The position numbers were made by a program, and so were the translations under genes. The notes beneath the pieces were generated by a model. The model made no database searches and was not told the origin of the DNA. It worked only from the letters and a program-made list of their open reading frames with translations. 64,000 nt of DNA from Leucoraja erinacea (Eukaryota), in contig NC_073383.1 in NCBI RefSeq assembly GCF_028641065.1, positions 21,762,001 to 21,826,000 on the forward strand. The letters run 5' to 3'. Shown here in pieces: positions 27,416 through 40,320 of the stretch; the stretch's first letter is position 1, and every line of letters begins with the position of its first letter.

Positions 27416-29911
27416 AGAGCCGAGCAACCCCCCTCCCAAAATTATATTTTAATGTCTCAAAGTTTCAAAAAAAGAGGGTGTAAAGTCAACGTATGCGGAC
27501 AACCAAAGATGACGGAGTTTTAATTTAACACGAGAAAGCATGAATCTTTTAAATTTGTTCTTACGGTTGACCAACAATACTTATCACAATGCCACAGGAA
27601 TATGGTTTGCAATTGTTAGCAGCTGGTAAATAAAGATGGCTGGGTCAACAGCATTATCACCTACTAAGTTCGTGCTCATATAAAAGCAATGAATCTCACT
27701 TAATTCTAAATTTCATCACGTAATATGTCTATTTTCAAAACTAGGAACTCATGTATCGCCCCCCTCCCCACTTCCGTGCCACTATATTATGCTCCCCTTA
27801 TTTTCCCCTTCAAGGGGCGCGGGCATACCCTGGCAATGTTTTGGCTGCTTTCAACACGTAATTCATATCATCATGTTTTTGTATTATTTATGCAGGGCAG
27901 CTAACAGCAATTGTACAATACATATTTTCCTTGCCCTTTTGGAGGGGGGGGGGGAGATAATTTTCTTTCCAAATGCTTCAGTATAAATTCTGGAGAAATT
28001 AAATTAGCTGGATGGTGTCGACATTTAATTACAAATAATAAACGGGGGGGGAATATCATTGCGAATATTTTGGAAAGGTTTATTGTAATTGCTTCTGATA
28101 TCCACATGCCATTTCAATTTATTCACCCACCAAAAACATTTGTGGCGATCTTTACACAATGTTGGATGGCTGATGTGAAATTAATGTTACTTTGTTTTGA
28201 ATTAATCGGCAAATGCGAAAATGAGGTGGTGCAATTGATTAAGATATTTTAAGATCTCATTGGATTTCATTCGAGTGCACATACAATTACTATTTTGAAA
28301 TTTACTCGTCATGTTTTGCTATTGCTGTCTAATTCTCTTATTTGTTATTTTCTTAAAGCTCAGCAACCTGGATCTACTGCATATTTCTAGAAGCTCACAT
28401 TATGTTTACATAAATACCCAGGAAGCAAATATTGGATAGGCTGAAGTGTCTATTTAAAAAACAAAACTATTTCAACAGCAACAGTTCTAATTCCTTTAAA
28501 TTTATGAATGCAACAATATGTATTTATTCAATTTTTATTTGAATGGCGTCGAAAAAAGCGCAACATTGCGGTGAATTCTGAAACGTACATCAGAGCATTG
28601 TACAGTCTAATATGACACACGTTGATGTGGTTAGAAAAAACGAATTAATTTACATGAAATATAAAACTTGGAGACAGTTGAAGTGCGATTTGTTTTAATT
28701 TTTTTTACATACCATAGATAAATCCATGTAAGAAAACTACCAAGGTCAATTTTAATTCGTCCCGTTAAAGGACGGAGGGAAATATGAACAAGGCTTATTT
28801 GAAAAATATACATAAACTACAGGAATGATTTTCACTATTTACTCATATAGTCATCGCGATTACAATAAAGAAGTAATTTAAGTACACAGCGTAACAAGTT
28901 ATTAATTAGAAAACAGCTGAACATGGTTCATTTAAAGACTCCGCATTCAAAACGTCAATGGAGCGTTCAAATATATTAGCTTTTGTTTTGAAAATAACAG
29001 TTCAAAGAACAAAATATTCAAAAGGCAGAACAAAGTATTTCATATTTTAATTAATAACATATAGATACATTAAGACGTTTAAACTGGACAAATATTTCAC
29101 TTGAAACTGAAATTTCTCTACAATGTCGACATCTGCTCCGCGAAATATGTTACTGCAGAATTTTCTGATGTAAATCAACAGAAGGCGTTTTTTTTGGTAT
29201 ATGGGGTAAATAATTTGTTATGTACATGATTGTAAATTCGCTACCGATTAATATAATAAGATAGTACGGTGTTCGCCGCACTTAGTATGCATGTATCTCT
29301 ATTGCAAACAACTTCTTACGGCCATAGACTTAAAATGGCATTTTACCACTATATTTTCAATCATTAAATGATTGTTGCTAGCATATGCGATTACCATTTG
29401 AACCCATTCACAATGCACCCATGGTACATCTTGCAAAACATGACAAAAATTAAAATGTAAATAAATATCGCCGTGCATCAAGAAGGCTAAGGTCAAACTT
29501 TACTTAATGTCAGCTTTTAGGTGTAAATGTGTTATCGCTTGTAGTCGCCATTTTATCTCTAGATTGTGAAACCTTTGAATCCACAGAATGCTGTTAAATT
29601 ATTTTGCAACTTTTGCAATGTGGCTCGTGAAAATGATCCAGCACGTTAAAGCAATACAAATATACGAATAACGAAGAGGGCGCGTTCTCAAGATGAGTGT
29701 ATTATTTGTTCGCATGTGGTGATGAGTCACATCAAGCATTCTGGCAAAGTTTTTGCAAAACATCTCACAGAACTTGTCACTTCAAGGTTTTTTATGTTAT
29801 AAATCCGAAGATGTTGCTTTAAAGTCTCCCACGTTCATGTAGCTTCCGTTTCTAAAAGACCATTATGTATAATTTACAATGCGCCATTGTTGGTTAGTGA
29901 TGTCGGTGCAA

Positions 29912-30163
29912 TCAAGGTATATTTTCTTTGACTTTGGAAACGACTTTTTTCTCCTTGACTCTTCTGTTCTGAAACCAAATGGTGACTTGTCTTTCGGTGA
30001 GGTTGGTGGCTGTAGATATCCTTCGTCTTTTTTTCCTTGGTTATGAATTTGTTGGTGGCATATTCTCGCTCGAGTTCTTTAAGCTGCGTTTTCGTATAGG
30101 GAACCCTTTTCTTCCTCCCTCGCCTGTAAATGTTTATATCTGTCTGATTGTGCATCACATCTC
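29912..30163 (-). CDS. hoxd13: HoxD13 exon 2 (homeobox), carrying an apparent +1 frameshift at 30028-30034
   Basis: [45 protein letters not shown]. Removing one A from the A7 run restores [38 protein letters not shown] (TGA 29912-29914). Confidence 0.93.
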
Positions 30164-30533
30164 CTGAGGGGGAAAAATGCAAATTATAAGAACATAAACT
30201 TCAAGCGGCTGCAGTTGAAAGGGCCAGGAAAAGAAAAGGGAGGAGACAGAGGGAAGGTTACAAAGAAATAAAAATGACAACTCACAGGCGTTTGTCTGTA
30301 GGGTACATTGGATAACTCATTTGAGTCATTTCAGCACTCGGTCAAACATACATTAATTCTGATAAATGAACCCCATGCATTAATAATTTTAAATCTTGCA
30401 AATGATTTTAATAATAAAACAACACTAGACAATTCCTGAAAAGGTTAAATGAACTAAATGGAAGTTTCGTTTATTTTTCTTTATTTTACGTTAAAGTCGA
30501 ACATATTTTCCAGCGCAAAATATTTCATGATAC

Positions 30534-31218
30534 CTGAAAGTGGCGATTTCCAAAAATGTGAAGACTGTGTCTGATCTTTAGGACAGTACACTTGACCATT
30601 CCAGCCATTAGTAAATGTCCAAGGCTGGTAACCCTCCATGGATAGTAAGGCTTCATGCCTTGGCTCTCCGTGGCCACTTATGGTAGGAACTACAGGAACG
30701 TCCAAATAACTAGATACCCGTTGATATGGATTAGGGTAACTCTGATAAAAAGCAAATTCCTTTGCCCGAGTTGATACATCGTCAGTGGGGACAGGACTGT
30801 TGGTCAACCCCGAAACGTCCATGTATTTATCCACTGGGTAGCCGGCTAAGGATGCATGAGCACCAGGTTTCAATCCACTTTGTTGTATACCAACATTTCG
30901 ACAACTGTAATAGCTGCTTCCAAAATGATAGCCGTAACTGAAGGCTGGATTTGGAGGGCTTGTAGGAGCTGGGCATGGGCTACATTGCTTAGCTGATTCA
31001 GAAATGACAGAATGCGTCCGATCTCCGCCTGAGTAAGCAGGTCCCGAAGATAATGAGTTGTGATGTGCTCCAAATGCAGAGGGAGATAGAAAATTCCTGC
31101 ATTGATTTGAAGGAACGTTCCCACCCAATCCTTCCATCTCCGGCTTATTCGCGTCGTTTCTGCTGTGCAAGTATCTGATAGTATCAGTCCTCCAAGGGTC
31201 TGAAAGAAGAGCTGTCAT
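30534..31218 (-). CDS. hoxd13: HoxD13 exon 1 (start at ATG 31218 or ATG 31137)
   Basis: [18 protein letters not shown]...[13 protein letters not shown]...KYMDVS...RAKEFAFYQ...YLDVPVV...[30 protein letters not shown]|GTATCA donor, phase 1. Confidence 0.94.
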
Positions 31219-34200
31219 ATCACGTCCCACAGCAAACTAAGTAGTGCTTTATAAAAGCAGGCTCGGCAGTGAGAAGAGGTGCTTATTTTCACTGATTAGA
31301 GTGCACTGCGCAAGTGAAACGCGATAGGTCGATCCCGACCACGTGACGCAACGCAACTGATCTGCCTTCAGTTCCCATTGCACTCCTCTCCCGATCTTCA
31401 AATCATTGTTGCCCCCCCTACCCCCCCCCCCCCCAAATAAATCATAGTAAATAACCCAGCACTGTTGACGTGTAGCGCCGTTTATTCGTCAATACTTGGA
31501 CCGATGCGGTAGAGCTGAGATTTAAATGGGAAAATAGTGATACCTTAATAAATGTATTCTACAATTTGAAGAATCAGTTATACATATATGTCGAACACAT
31601 CAGGTGTTTGTTTGACTGAATTATCAGTTAAAATTAAGCATTGAAGACATTTTGGAAAATTGCCATATCCATTTTGGAAATGGAATTGTGGTATCATCAC
31701 GCGTTATTATTAGATTGGCAAATTTTTGTGACCGATTTTGTCTTTTCTTGTATTCTGATGAAGATCTCGGCAGCAACGATTTTTGCATCATAATATATGG
31801 TTCGTGATAGCATATACCAATCCCATCTATACAGCCAGCGTCAAGTAGATTTTAAAGATTACATATTCTCTTATTTTTCTAATTGAGCCTGAAGTCGATC
31901 ACACTTACACTGGTTTCCATTCAGGTTATAAAAGCATGTTATATTATGGGGATAAAAACTGAGATGAAGTTACTTAAATTTACACTTTTATTCACACTCA
32001 GAAGTGATATATTTATCTTTTACATTGTGCTATTGATGTTTCGTACAAAAATAAATCGCATGATACAAATGCATGGTAGCATTTGAGGGCAATGCTTTAT
32101 ATTTTGTATCGAAAAAGCTGTTATTCCAAATTATCTACTCGCCCAGCGCAACATGACCGTGCCACAACTTTAACTTATTTGCGTCAAGTAGACGAAAATA
32201 TGATTTCAGAATCATAGGTTTTCTCAACAAGCCCCGCTTTAGCAAAGATTCGAAAATACCTTGCTTTTGCTTGAGCAAGCTAGCATAATTCGAGTGCCTG
32301 GCCCATTTTATTTCATTGTTATGTCAGACCTCAGGGCAGAAACATGTAAGAAGCATGTAAATTATATACCAGATATTATGGAATAAAACATATTTAGATT
32401 ATAGCAACCCTGACGACAAGACGATGTGATGTAAAAGTCTATCTAATTCTCTACCACAATTTACTTACACGACGTATGTATGTTACGCCTAATGCAGTAC
32501 ATCAAACCATACCACACCATACACTGTTTAAAGATTGTTTGTACGCGCACTAGGTGTTATATTCACATCGAGACTTAAACGAAGAAAGCGACAGATTTTA
32601 CAAAAAAGTTATGAATTATATGAAGTTAAAAAAACCGGTAATGGTATAATTCAACTAATCGGATTGTGGAAGGAAATGAGACTATGATCTCGTAGTGAGC
32701 GTGGAATATTGTGGCAGACTGAAGGGCTGAGCTGGTCATTAACAGAGAAGATGTCCTCCTAACCTCTCCAAAGTTAAATTATGTGCACCAGCAATTACCT
32801 TGATTATGTTGCTACTCTCAGAAACATGGCACTTTTCGAGAAACAATTATTTAGATTAGATATCGCATACAGGAGCAATTCGATATCGCATGTAGGAGCA
32901 AGATTAGGAATGTGACGAGATTTCTAAAAGTCATTTTGAATGGCGATTCTTGGCGACCCCATCCCTCCGCCCAGGCGGGGAGAATAAAATAAATATATAA
33001 GCAGTTACTTCAGTGAAACAAAACAGAATCTACCTGGAGGATTCGGTGCTTAGAAAACAAGCGGAATCCACGATTTTGCATTAACTCAAATACATTAATT
33101 ACTGCGAATCCTTTGTTTTACTTTCTTCATTTAAAAGATGCACATTTTTCCTGATCTGGCGGTACACTCCGCCAATATTTAGAGCCGAATCCACAAAAGT
33201 GTTAAAAAAAATCAGAGAGAATTACTTCAGAACAGCGAATTCAATGCTTATCCTTTGCACCCAAGTATAATAGGAAAAGAAATGCAGCGCGTTTATTTAA
33301 GGCCATCCCTCGTTGTGTATCAAAATATATATGAAGTGAATTGTTCCTACTTTCGCAATGGAGAAAGCATATGCTAACATTTGCTTTCGGGTAGCTGTTG
33401 TTCAGAAATCCGGGAGTGGGGGGAATGCAGGAGAGGATTTAAAAAAACAAGTCGCACTTTCAAGTTGCTCTCATCTCTGGTATGCAGACAAAGGGGTTCT
33501 TTCCGGAAGTAGATGAAGGCCAAGGTCAAGGGAGAGAGGGGGGGGGGTGGGGTGNNNNNNNNNNNNNNNNNNNNNNNNNNNNNNNNNNNNNNNNNNNNNN
33601 NNNNNNNNNNNNNNNNNNNNNNNNNNNNNNNNNNNNNNNNNNNNNNNNNNNNNNNNNNNNNNNNNNNNNNNNNNNNNNNNNNNNNNNNNNNNNNNNNNNN
33701 NNNNNNNNNNNNNNNNNNNNNNNNGTTAAAAGCAGTTCCACAGCTCGGTGGGAGTTACGTGAGAATTTGAAAAAATTACGTTTGGTGCAAATTATAACAG
33801 ATTCTAAAATATATGTTTTATTTCTAATATGTCCAATCATGGGTTGAAGACAAGTATTCGTGTAGAACTATGTGAAACGAAGCTCTCATTTACAAACAGG
33901 GGATGTGTTACTTTGCTTATTCAATTGGTTGTAAAAGTAAAACGCCATTTTCATTAACAAGTTGAGTAAGAATTCAAGTAGGATTTCACTAGAAGACCCA
34001 TGGTCAACATATCATGGCAAAGAACGTGGCCTTGAAGCATCGCCAGTATCTGGATCAAATCAAAAATACTGAGGCGATCGAGGCAAATATAAATCTCCAT
34101 TTTATTCAAGTAGATTGGTCGTATTTCCTTGCAAAATGTTAATGTTATATAGCGAGCAAATGATTTCCATGAACATTAAAAGCATTTATTGGGTGTTATT

Positions 34201-36639
34201 TGGGTCCAGGATTATTTTTTCTTTAATTGTTTCCTATTCTTGTGGAAACTTAAACAGAAACATTCTCTCAGTCACATTGTGGATTGTGTTGAGAATTGTA
34301 GTTTGGGTATTTTGCTTCGAACGCACAACATTTGGTTAATTCTACACTATTTTCGTGACGCTGGGGCTACTGCAAGTAGCATAAGGTAGTTATTGTTTAA
34401 CATGTTTGCTGAATGTCATTCCGGATGGCAAGATCCATGGAGCGAATCATAAACCTAACGCATTAACAATATTTCGGTTCATAAGTATATCTGGTGTATG
34501 GGTAATATATGCTCACGTATGGACAGCATCCATTATGAAGTTCATGATAGTATGTCAGATATGTTTCTAATCCTAATCAGAAGTGTTGTTTTTTTTTTAC
34601 AAATTTTGATGTTTTGAAGGTAATGGTGGGGCCAATCAGCTCACGCGAAGCAATTCGATGCACTTTATGCTGCACCCAAAGTAAATTGATGTTAATATGT
34701 AAAAGTATCATCTTTACTTTGTTAACGTTAACAGACATCTTCTTAAAAACAGAATCAATTGATAAAATATATATCCAGGTATTCATAAGTGAATCTGACT
34801 ATGTAACAGATTATATAAGCCCCGTTTGACTACACATTGTCGTAAACATGTCTTTTTTGTCAAACGCGATGGCCGATATTAATACCTGAATGAAACCAGA
34901 TTACTCACCAGAAATATTTTCTTTCTTTAGCAAATGCAAAACAAACTCCTATCAAGGCCTGGCTACATTTTTTTTCTGACACAATATGTGTAATTGAATA
35001 TAAACTCTTTGCAATCGCTGATATGAAATAGATTTTCTTTGCGACTTTACCGAATTGCATCAATAATAACCTTGAAAACATGGCGGTCTTAGAACTAAAA
35101 TGGATTTAAACTATCAACAATGATCAGGATAACAAAAGATGTCTTTAATCTACCGTCATTAGCAACCGATTAAACGCTTAAAATGAGCGCCTCCTGCCTC
35201 GACCTATATGCGTGTGTTCCAGTTGGAGCAACGGAAGTAATTTACTGCTTTGCAAGCCACAAAACTATACCTTCTGCCCCAAGTATCACAAATATTTCTA
35301 AGTTTGGTGCCTGCGTATCTGTATAGAATTTGGAAACTAAGGCCATTAACTAAATCAAAAAAGCGGTTGTTAAATATACTTCGTTCTCACAACGAAAATA
35401 TTAAAAAAAAACGTAGCACTCTTGTTGTAGGGAGCGAGTGTGCTAAAATCCAGCCGACAGAATTATTGCATCTTAAAAACGTATATGCCTGCATCCAATT
35501 CCAAGACCTCCACATTTCAGTTCAAAACAGTATCTTAAACCAGAAAATTCTTTGAGGATCATATATCTTCTATGGAAATGAATTCACCTCTTGCAACAAA
35601 ATCTAATCCCAGAACAGAATAGATATACATTTTGTTTCAATAAGCAGAAAGAAATGCCCCGTGAAAGTTGGTAGTATTCGAATACACATAAAATGCAGAC
35701 TTTAGGCGTGAGCTGCTGAGTGATGCGCATTCAAATATACTTCGGACGTCTATTTTAACGAATTTCAAAATGGAAAAATAAAACGATGCATTAATCTATA
35801 CACTACTGCAATTATGCTAAAGAGTATCACCCGTGAGTCGTTCTACTTGAGAGTGATGACATGAATAAATAAATCCCACTGTCTGGTGTTTAAAAGGATT
35901 AGCTCAAATATTCAAATTATATTGACAATATTCTACTTAAACATTCATAACTATGTTTAACAATATCTTATAGGACATTGGATCCTCTAGAGCTTTCTAT
36001 ACTGGAAAGTCGGTTTCCCCATGATCATTAATGAATCTGAAGAAAGATTGATGCACGGTAAGGTTCTTGACTAAAGTTTGGCGCACTTCAGCCTTTCCTA
36101 TTGTACAACAGGAGCCACGAACAAATGCAGCCATCGGGGGACCTCCCACGACATGTTTTATTGGTTAAGAGTGCAGGCCCAACTCAGTATTCATTTTAAA
36201 GTAACCAATATTTACCTTTTTCCCTTCTCTTTATTAATGATGAGAATGTGTAAATTGTCATAATGCAATTATCATAGAAGTGGCGATATGCCCAGAGCTG
36301 GTGGGCGTACCTAATTTCAGGGCGGTAAATTTGAATATTAAAGTCGATTTACGGGTCTGGAAAACGTTGCAAGGAATAGGCAAGACATAAGACAAGTTAA
36401 TGAATATTCTTCCCAACTGGTAAGAATTGCCCTACACAATAGACTGTTTCATGTATTGATTATATTTCAAATGTTCTTATAAAAAGTAGATCCTGATGTT
36501 TTCCATGCCTGTAACAGTCTAATAATCGATTTAATCGATAGTAGGGTTTCCAATGGAGCTCCAACACTGTATTATAAGTAAGCTGGAATCCTTTATGGTC
36601 TGTTACAATTTTCGCCTAAATAACCAACACGGCCATGTA

Positions 36640-36740
36640 AAAGATGAGCCCCGTCCCGAAACCTCAGATATCCATGTTCTCCAGGGATGCTGCCTAACCT
36701 GTGCAGTTCTTTCTGTTCCAAGTAGAATTCCACCATCTGC
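36640..36740 (+). mobile_element. Degenerate copy of the hammerhead-core short repeat
   Basis: cccgaaac...atccatgttctccagggatgctgcct...catctgc resembles the younger copies. Confidence 0.45.
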
Positions 36741-37596
36741 CCTTCCTTGTATCTTCATTTCCGGACTATAATGATCTTGGATAATCTGCTCTGAGCAAAA
36801 AGTTGACACAAAATAAAATGTGTTTTGTGATTTGATTTGTTAAGAGAAACTGGGTGCTTTATGTACCTTTTAATCAAATTGCATTTTAGATCTTTAATCC
36901 TCTGTAATGCATTTGAAATGGATTTCACCTGACAAGCATTGATTCAAGTTAATCTAAATGTAATTAGCTAATGAGGAGTGCGTTTCTCTTTGATTATTGT
37001 AAAGTTTTATTTATCTGTAAAACGGCCCTCTGCTTAAGCACAGCAAATATTGAGATGTGGTGTTTTAAATTAAGTCCAACTTTCTGTAATTTTGCGCATT
37101 GCAGTTAAGACATCTCGAATTGCGCACAGTCGCAGAATATCGATTCCTACAACTTCCTTATACTTGAGCACAACATTTTAGTTTAATATTCCAGTACCGT
37201 GTCGACGACGTGCTATATTTTCAGAAGTAGCGTCTTTCAAATGATATGTTGAACTGGAATCCCATCAGCTCACTCTGGCAGCTGCACAAGATACAATGGC
37301 ATGAATTCGAAGTTACGTTATAACCAAATTCCCGACGGGTATTTTGAATGTCATGAAAGGACGAAAAAGGAGGTGTCGTGTTTATTTTTCGTCAGTAAGG
37401 AAGCTCTTCGTCGACAAATTATACAATAATGGCTTTGTTCTTCTGGACGTCTGCTGGCCATGACCTTTTTGGCCATTTGTACCTTTTGCAGTTGGTATTA
37501 AACGTCGAACCAAAGACAGAACAAAGTCAAAACTATCGGACATAAGCAAAATAGGTGTGCGGAAAGACTTCAAGTACAAATATGAACGGATAATTA

Positions 37597-37912
37597 CATA
37601 GAAACATAGAAATAGGTGCAGCAGTAGGCCATTCGGCCCTTCGAATCTGCACCGCCATTCAATATGATCATGGCTGATCATCCAACTCAGTATCCTGTAC
37701 CTGCCTTCTCTCCATACCCCCTGATACCTTTAGCCACAAGGGCCACATCCAACTCCCTCTTAAATATAGCTAATGAACTGGCCTCAACTACCTTCTGTGG
37801 CAGAGAATTCCAGAGATTCACCACTCTCTGCGTGAAAAATGTTTTTCTCATCTCGGTCCTAAAAGATTTCCCCCTTATCCTTAAACTGTGACTTTTTGTT
37901 CTGGACTTCCCC
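37597..37912 (-). mobile_element. CR1-clade LINE 3' end (HER1-like)
   Basis: Minus strand encodes RTKSHSLRIRGKSFRTEMRKTFFTQRVVNLWNSLPQKVVEA, followed by the typical gaatggcctactgctgcacctatttctatg tail. Confidence 0.85.
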
Positions 37913-37999
37913 AGGTGCCAGCGTCCTTTATTCAGGTGCCAACATCCGTTATCGTTAAAAAAAATGATTTTGACACGTGCATGAAATTAAATAACACGT

Positions 38000-38153
38000 A
38001 GAATATAAAACAGTACAGCCCAGGAACCGGCCTTTCGGCCCATAATGTCCTCGCAAATAATGATGGTAAATTAAACCCATATCCTCCGCCTGCACATGAT
38101 CCACACCCTTCCATTCCCTGCACATCGTGTTCCCATCTAAAAGTCCCTCAATG
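38000..38153 (-). mobile_element. CR1-type LINE 3' tail fragment abutting a gap
   Basis: Reverse complement contains gggccgaaaggccggttcctgggctgtactgttttatattct. Confidence 0.6.
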
Positions 38154-38605
38154 NNNNNNNNNNNNNNNNNNNNNNNNNNNNNNNNNNNNNNNNNNNNNNN
38201 NNNNNNNNNNNNNNNNNNNNNNNNNNNNNNNNNNNNNNNNNNNNNNNNNNNNNNNNNNNNNNNNNNNNNNNNNNNNNNNNNNNNNNNNNNNNNNNNNNNN
38301 NNNNNNNNNNNNNNNNNNNNNNNNNNNNNNNNNNNNNNNNNNNNNNNNNNNNNNNNNNNNNNNNNNNNGTAACATTTCAGAGAATAATCAGAAAATAAAT
38401 CCGCAGGTATTACTGAAATAATTTGATTGCACTTGGAGGATTGGGCTGATCTTTCACCTTTGTTATAGAATAAAGATCGATATCCATTCTAATCGAATAT
38501 AATGTGAAACATTCAGCCGTATATTCTATGAACTGAAGTCCCACTGAAACACAAATTGAAAGTATACTTTCGCTTCGGAAATCAGGGAGCGAATGAACAT
38601 AAAGC

Positions 38606-38770
38606 AAAGGTAGACATAAAATGCTGGAGTAACTCAGTGGGACAGGCTGCATCCCTGGAGGGAAAAATGGGTGACGTTTCGGGTCGAGACCCTTCTTCCT
38701 GAAGTAACTCAGCGGGACAGGCAGCATCTCTGGAGAGAAGGAATGGGTGACGTATCGGGTTGAGACCCTT
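38606..38770 (-). mobile_element. Hammerhead-core short retroelement, tandem dimer with TSD
   Basis: Two tandem gtaactcag...ggtgacgt..cgggt.gagaccctt units flanked by AACATAAAGC (38596-38605 and 38771-38780). Confidence 0.8.
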
Positions 38771-38904
38771 AACATAAAGCTGAAAATATGTAAAGAATAC
38801 CAAATGTTCAAGGCGGAATTCAACATGAAGCAAACTTGGAAATTGAATAGATTGACACGATGATAGCTTGGTAAACAGGCAGAAAGGCAGAGGCATATAT
38901 GCAT

Positions 38905-39006
38905 CAGTGTGAAGAAGGGTCTCGACCCGAAACGTCACCTATCCCTTTTCTCCGGAGATGCTGCCTGTCCCGCTGTGTTACTCCAGCATTTTGTGTCTAC
39001 CTTCGA
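38905..39006 (+). mobile_element. Hammerhead-core short retroelement (core C3 mutated to G)
   Basis: cagtgtgaagaagggtctcgacccgaaacgtcacctatcc...ttactccagcattttgtgtctaccttcga. Confidence 0.8.
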
Positions 39007-39497
39007 CGCATACATACGTATATGCTCACATAAATACATGCAAACAAACGCGCATCCATAGTTAAAGACAATCGGAAAGTTACCCAAGCAGAACCGTATC
39101 CAATCCTTGTCCTCCAGTAATGCTACCTGACCTACTAAGTTCTTCCAGAACTTTGTGTTTTGCTCAAGATTCTAGCATTTGCATTGTGTCTTCATTCATT
39201 CGACAATACTGTTCAACGGTAGGCCAACAGTGTTTACAAATTATCTGCTCCACATAAAAGATGACCCGGTATGGCATTGTTCATGAAGTGTTTGTTGGAA
39301 GTGATAATATGCTTTATAAATGCAAAGTTTTAATCAAATATTATATTGGCTAGACAGTCATACATTTGAAAACGGTGCCGCATGACAAGTGATTCTGGTT
39401 TAATTGGCGAATAACGATCTGTGTTCTCTCTGATTAATGCGAAGATTACTATCTCTCTAAGTTTTTATTTGAGTATACGTAACAGGTATCTGAATAT

Positions 39498-39637
39498 GAG
39501 ATATATTCTGAAGAATATATTCTGAAGAAGGACCGGAATATTCTGAAGAAGGGTCTCGACCCGAAACGTCACCCATTCCTTCTCTTCAGAGATGCTGCCT
39601 GACCCGCTGAATTACTCCAGCATTTTGTGTCTACCTT
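39498..39637 (+). mobile_element. Hammerhead-core short retroelement with intact core and 14-bp TSD
   Basis: CTGAAGAAGGGTCTCGACCCGAAACGTC at 39543-39570, flanked by AGGTATCTGAATAT (39484-39497) and AGGTATCGGAATAT (39638-39651). Confidence 0.85.
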
Positions 39638-40144
39638 AGGTATCGGAATATAGTGCTCTCACTTAAATTTAATATTTTGTGTAATTTTTTGCATCGTAAT
39701 TCAGAAATAAAGACACGAGAAACATCATCGAAATGATGTTTGATTCTCTANNNNNNNNNNNNNNNNNNNNNNNNNNNNNNNNNNNNNNNNNNNNNNNNNN
39801 NNNNNNNNNNNNNNNNNNNNNNNNNNNNNNNNNNNNNNNNNNNNNNNNNNNNNNNNNNNNNNNNNNNNNNNNNNNNNNNNNNNNNNNNNNNNNNNNNNNN
39901 NNNNNNNNNNNNNNNNNNNNNNNNNNNNNNNNNNNNNNNNNNNNNNNNNNNNNNNNNNNNNNNNNNNNNNNNNNNNNNNNNNNNNNNNNNNNNNNNNNNN
40001 NNNNNNNNNNNNNNNNNNNNNNNNNNNNNNNNNNNNNNNNNNNNNNNNNNNNNNNNNNNNNNNNNNNNNNNNNNNNNNNNNNNNNNNNNNNNNNNNNNNN
40101 NNNNNNNNNNNNNNNNNNNNNNNNNNGGCGGGCGGGCAGGCAGG

Positions 40145-40163
40145 GACAGACAGACAGGGACAG

Positions 40164-40214
<51 letters not shown>

Positions 40215-40239
40215 GGGGAGGGGGGGTGGGTGGGTGGCC

Positions 40240-40320
<81 letters not shown>
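40145..40320. repeat. (GACA)n microsatellite interrupted by a G-rich spacer
   Basis: Directly visible; adjacent to the gap at 39751-40126. Confidence 0.97.

Noticed and set aside
29874-30182. Novel HoxD13 C-terminus ([11 protein letters not shown]...GAL) as a genuine protein
   Set aside because: It arises solely from the extra A; the conserved homeodomain continues in the shifted frame.
38606-39637. CRISPR-like repeat array
   Set aside because: Eukaryotic locus; copies are dispersed, in both orientations, with TSDs and no regular spacers.
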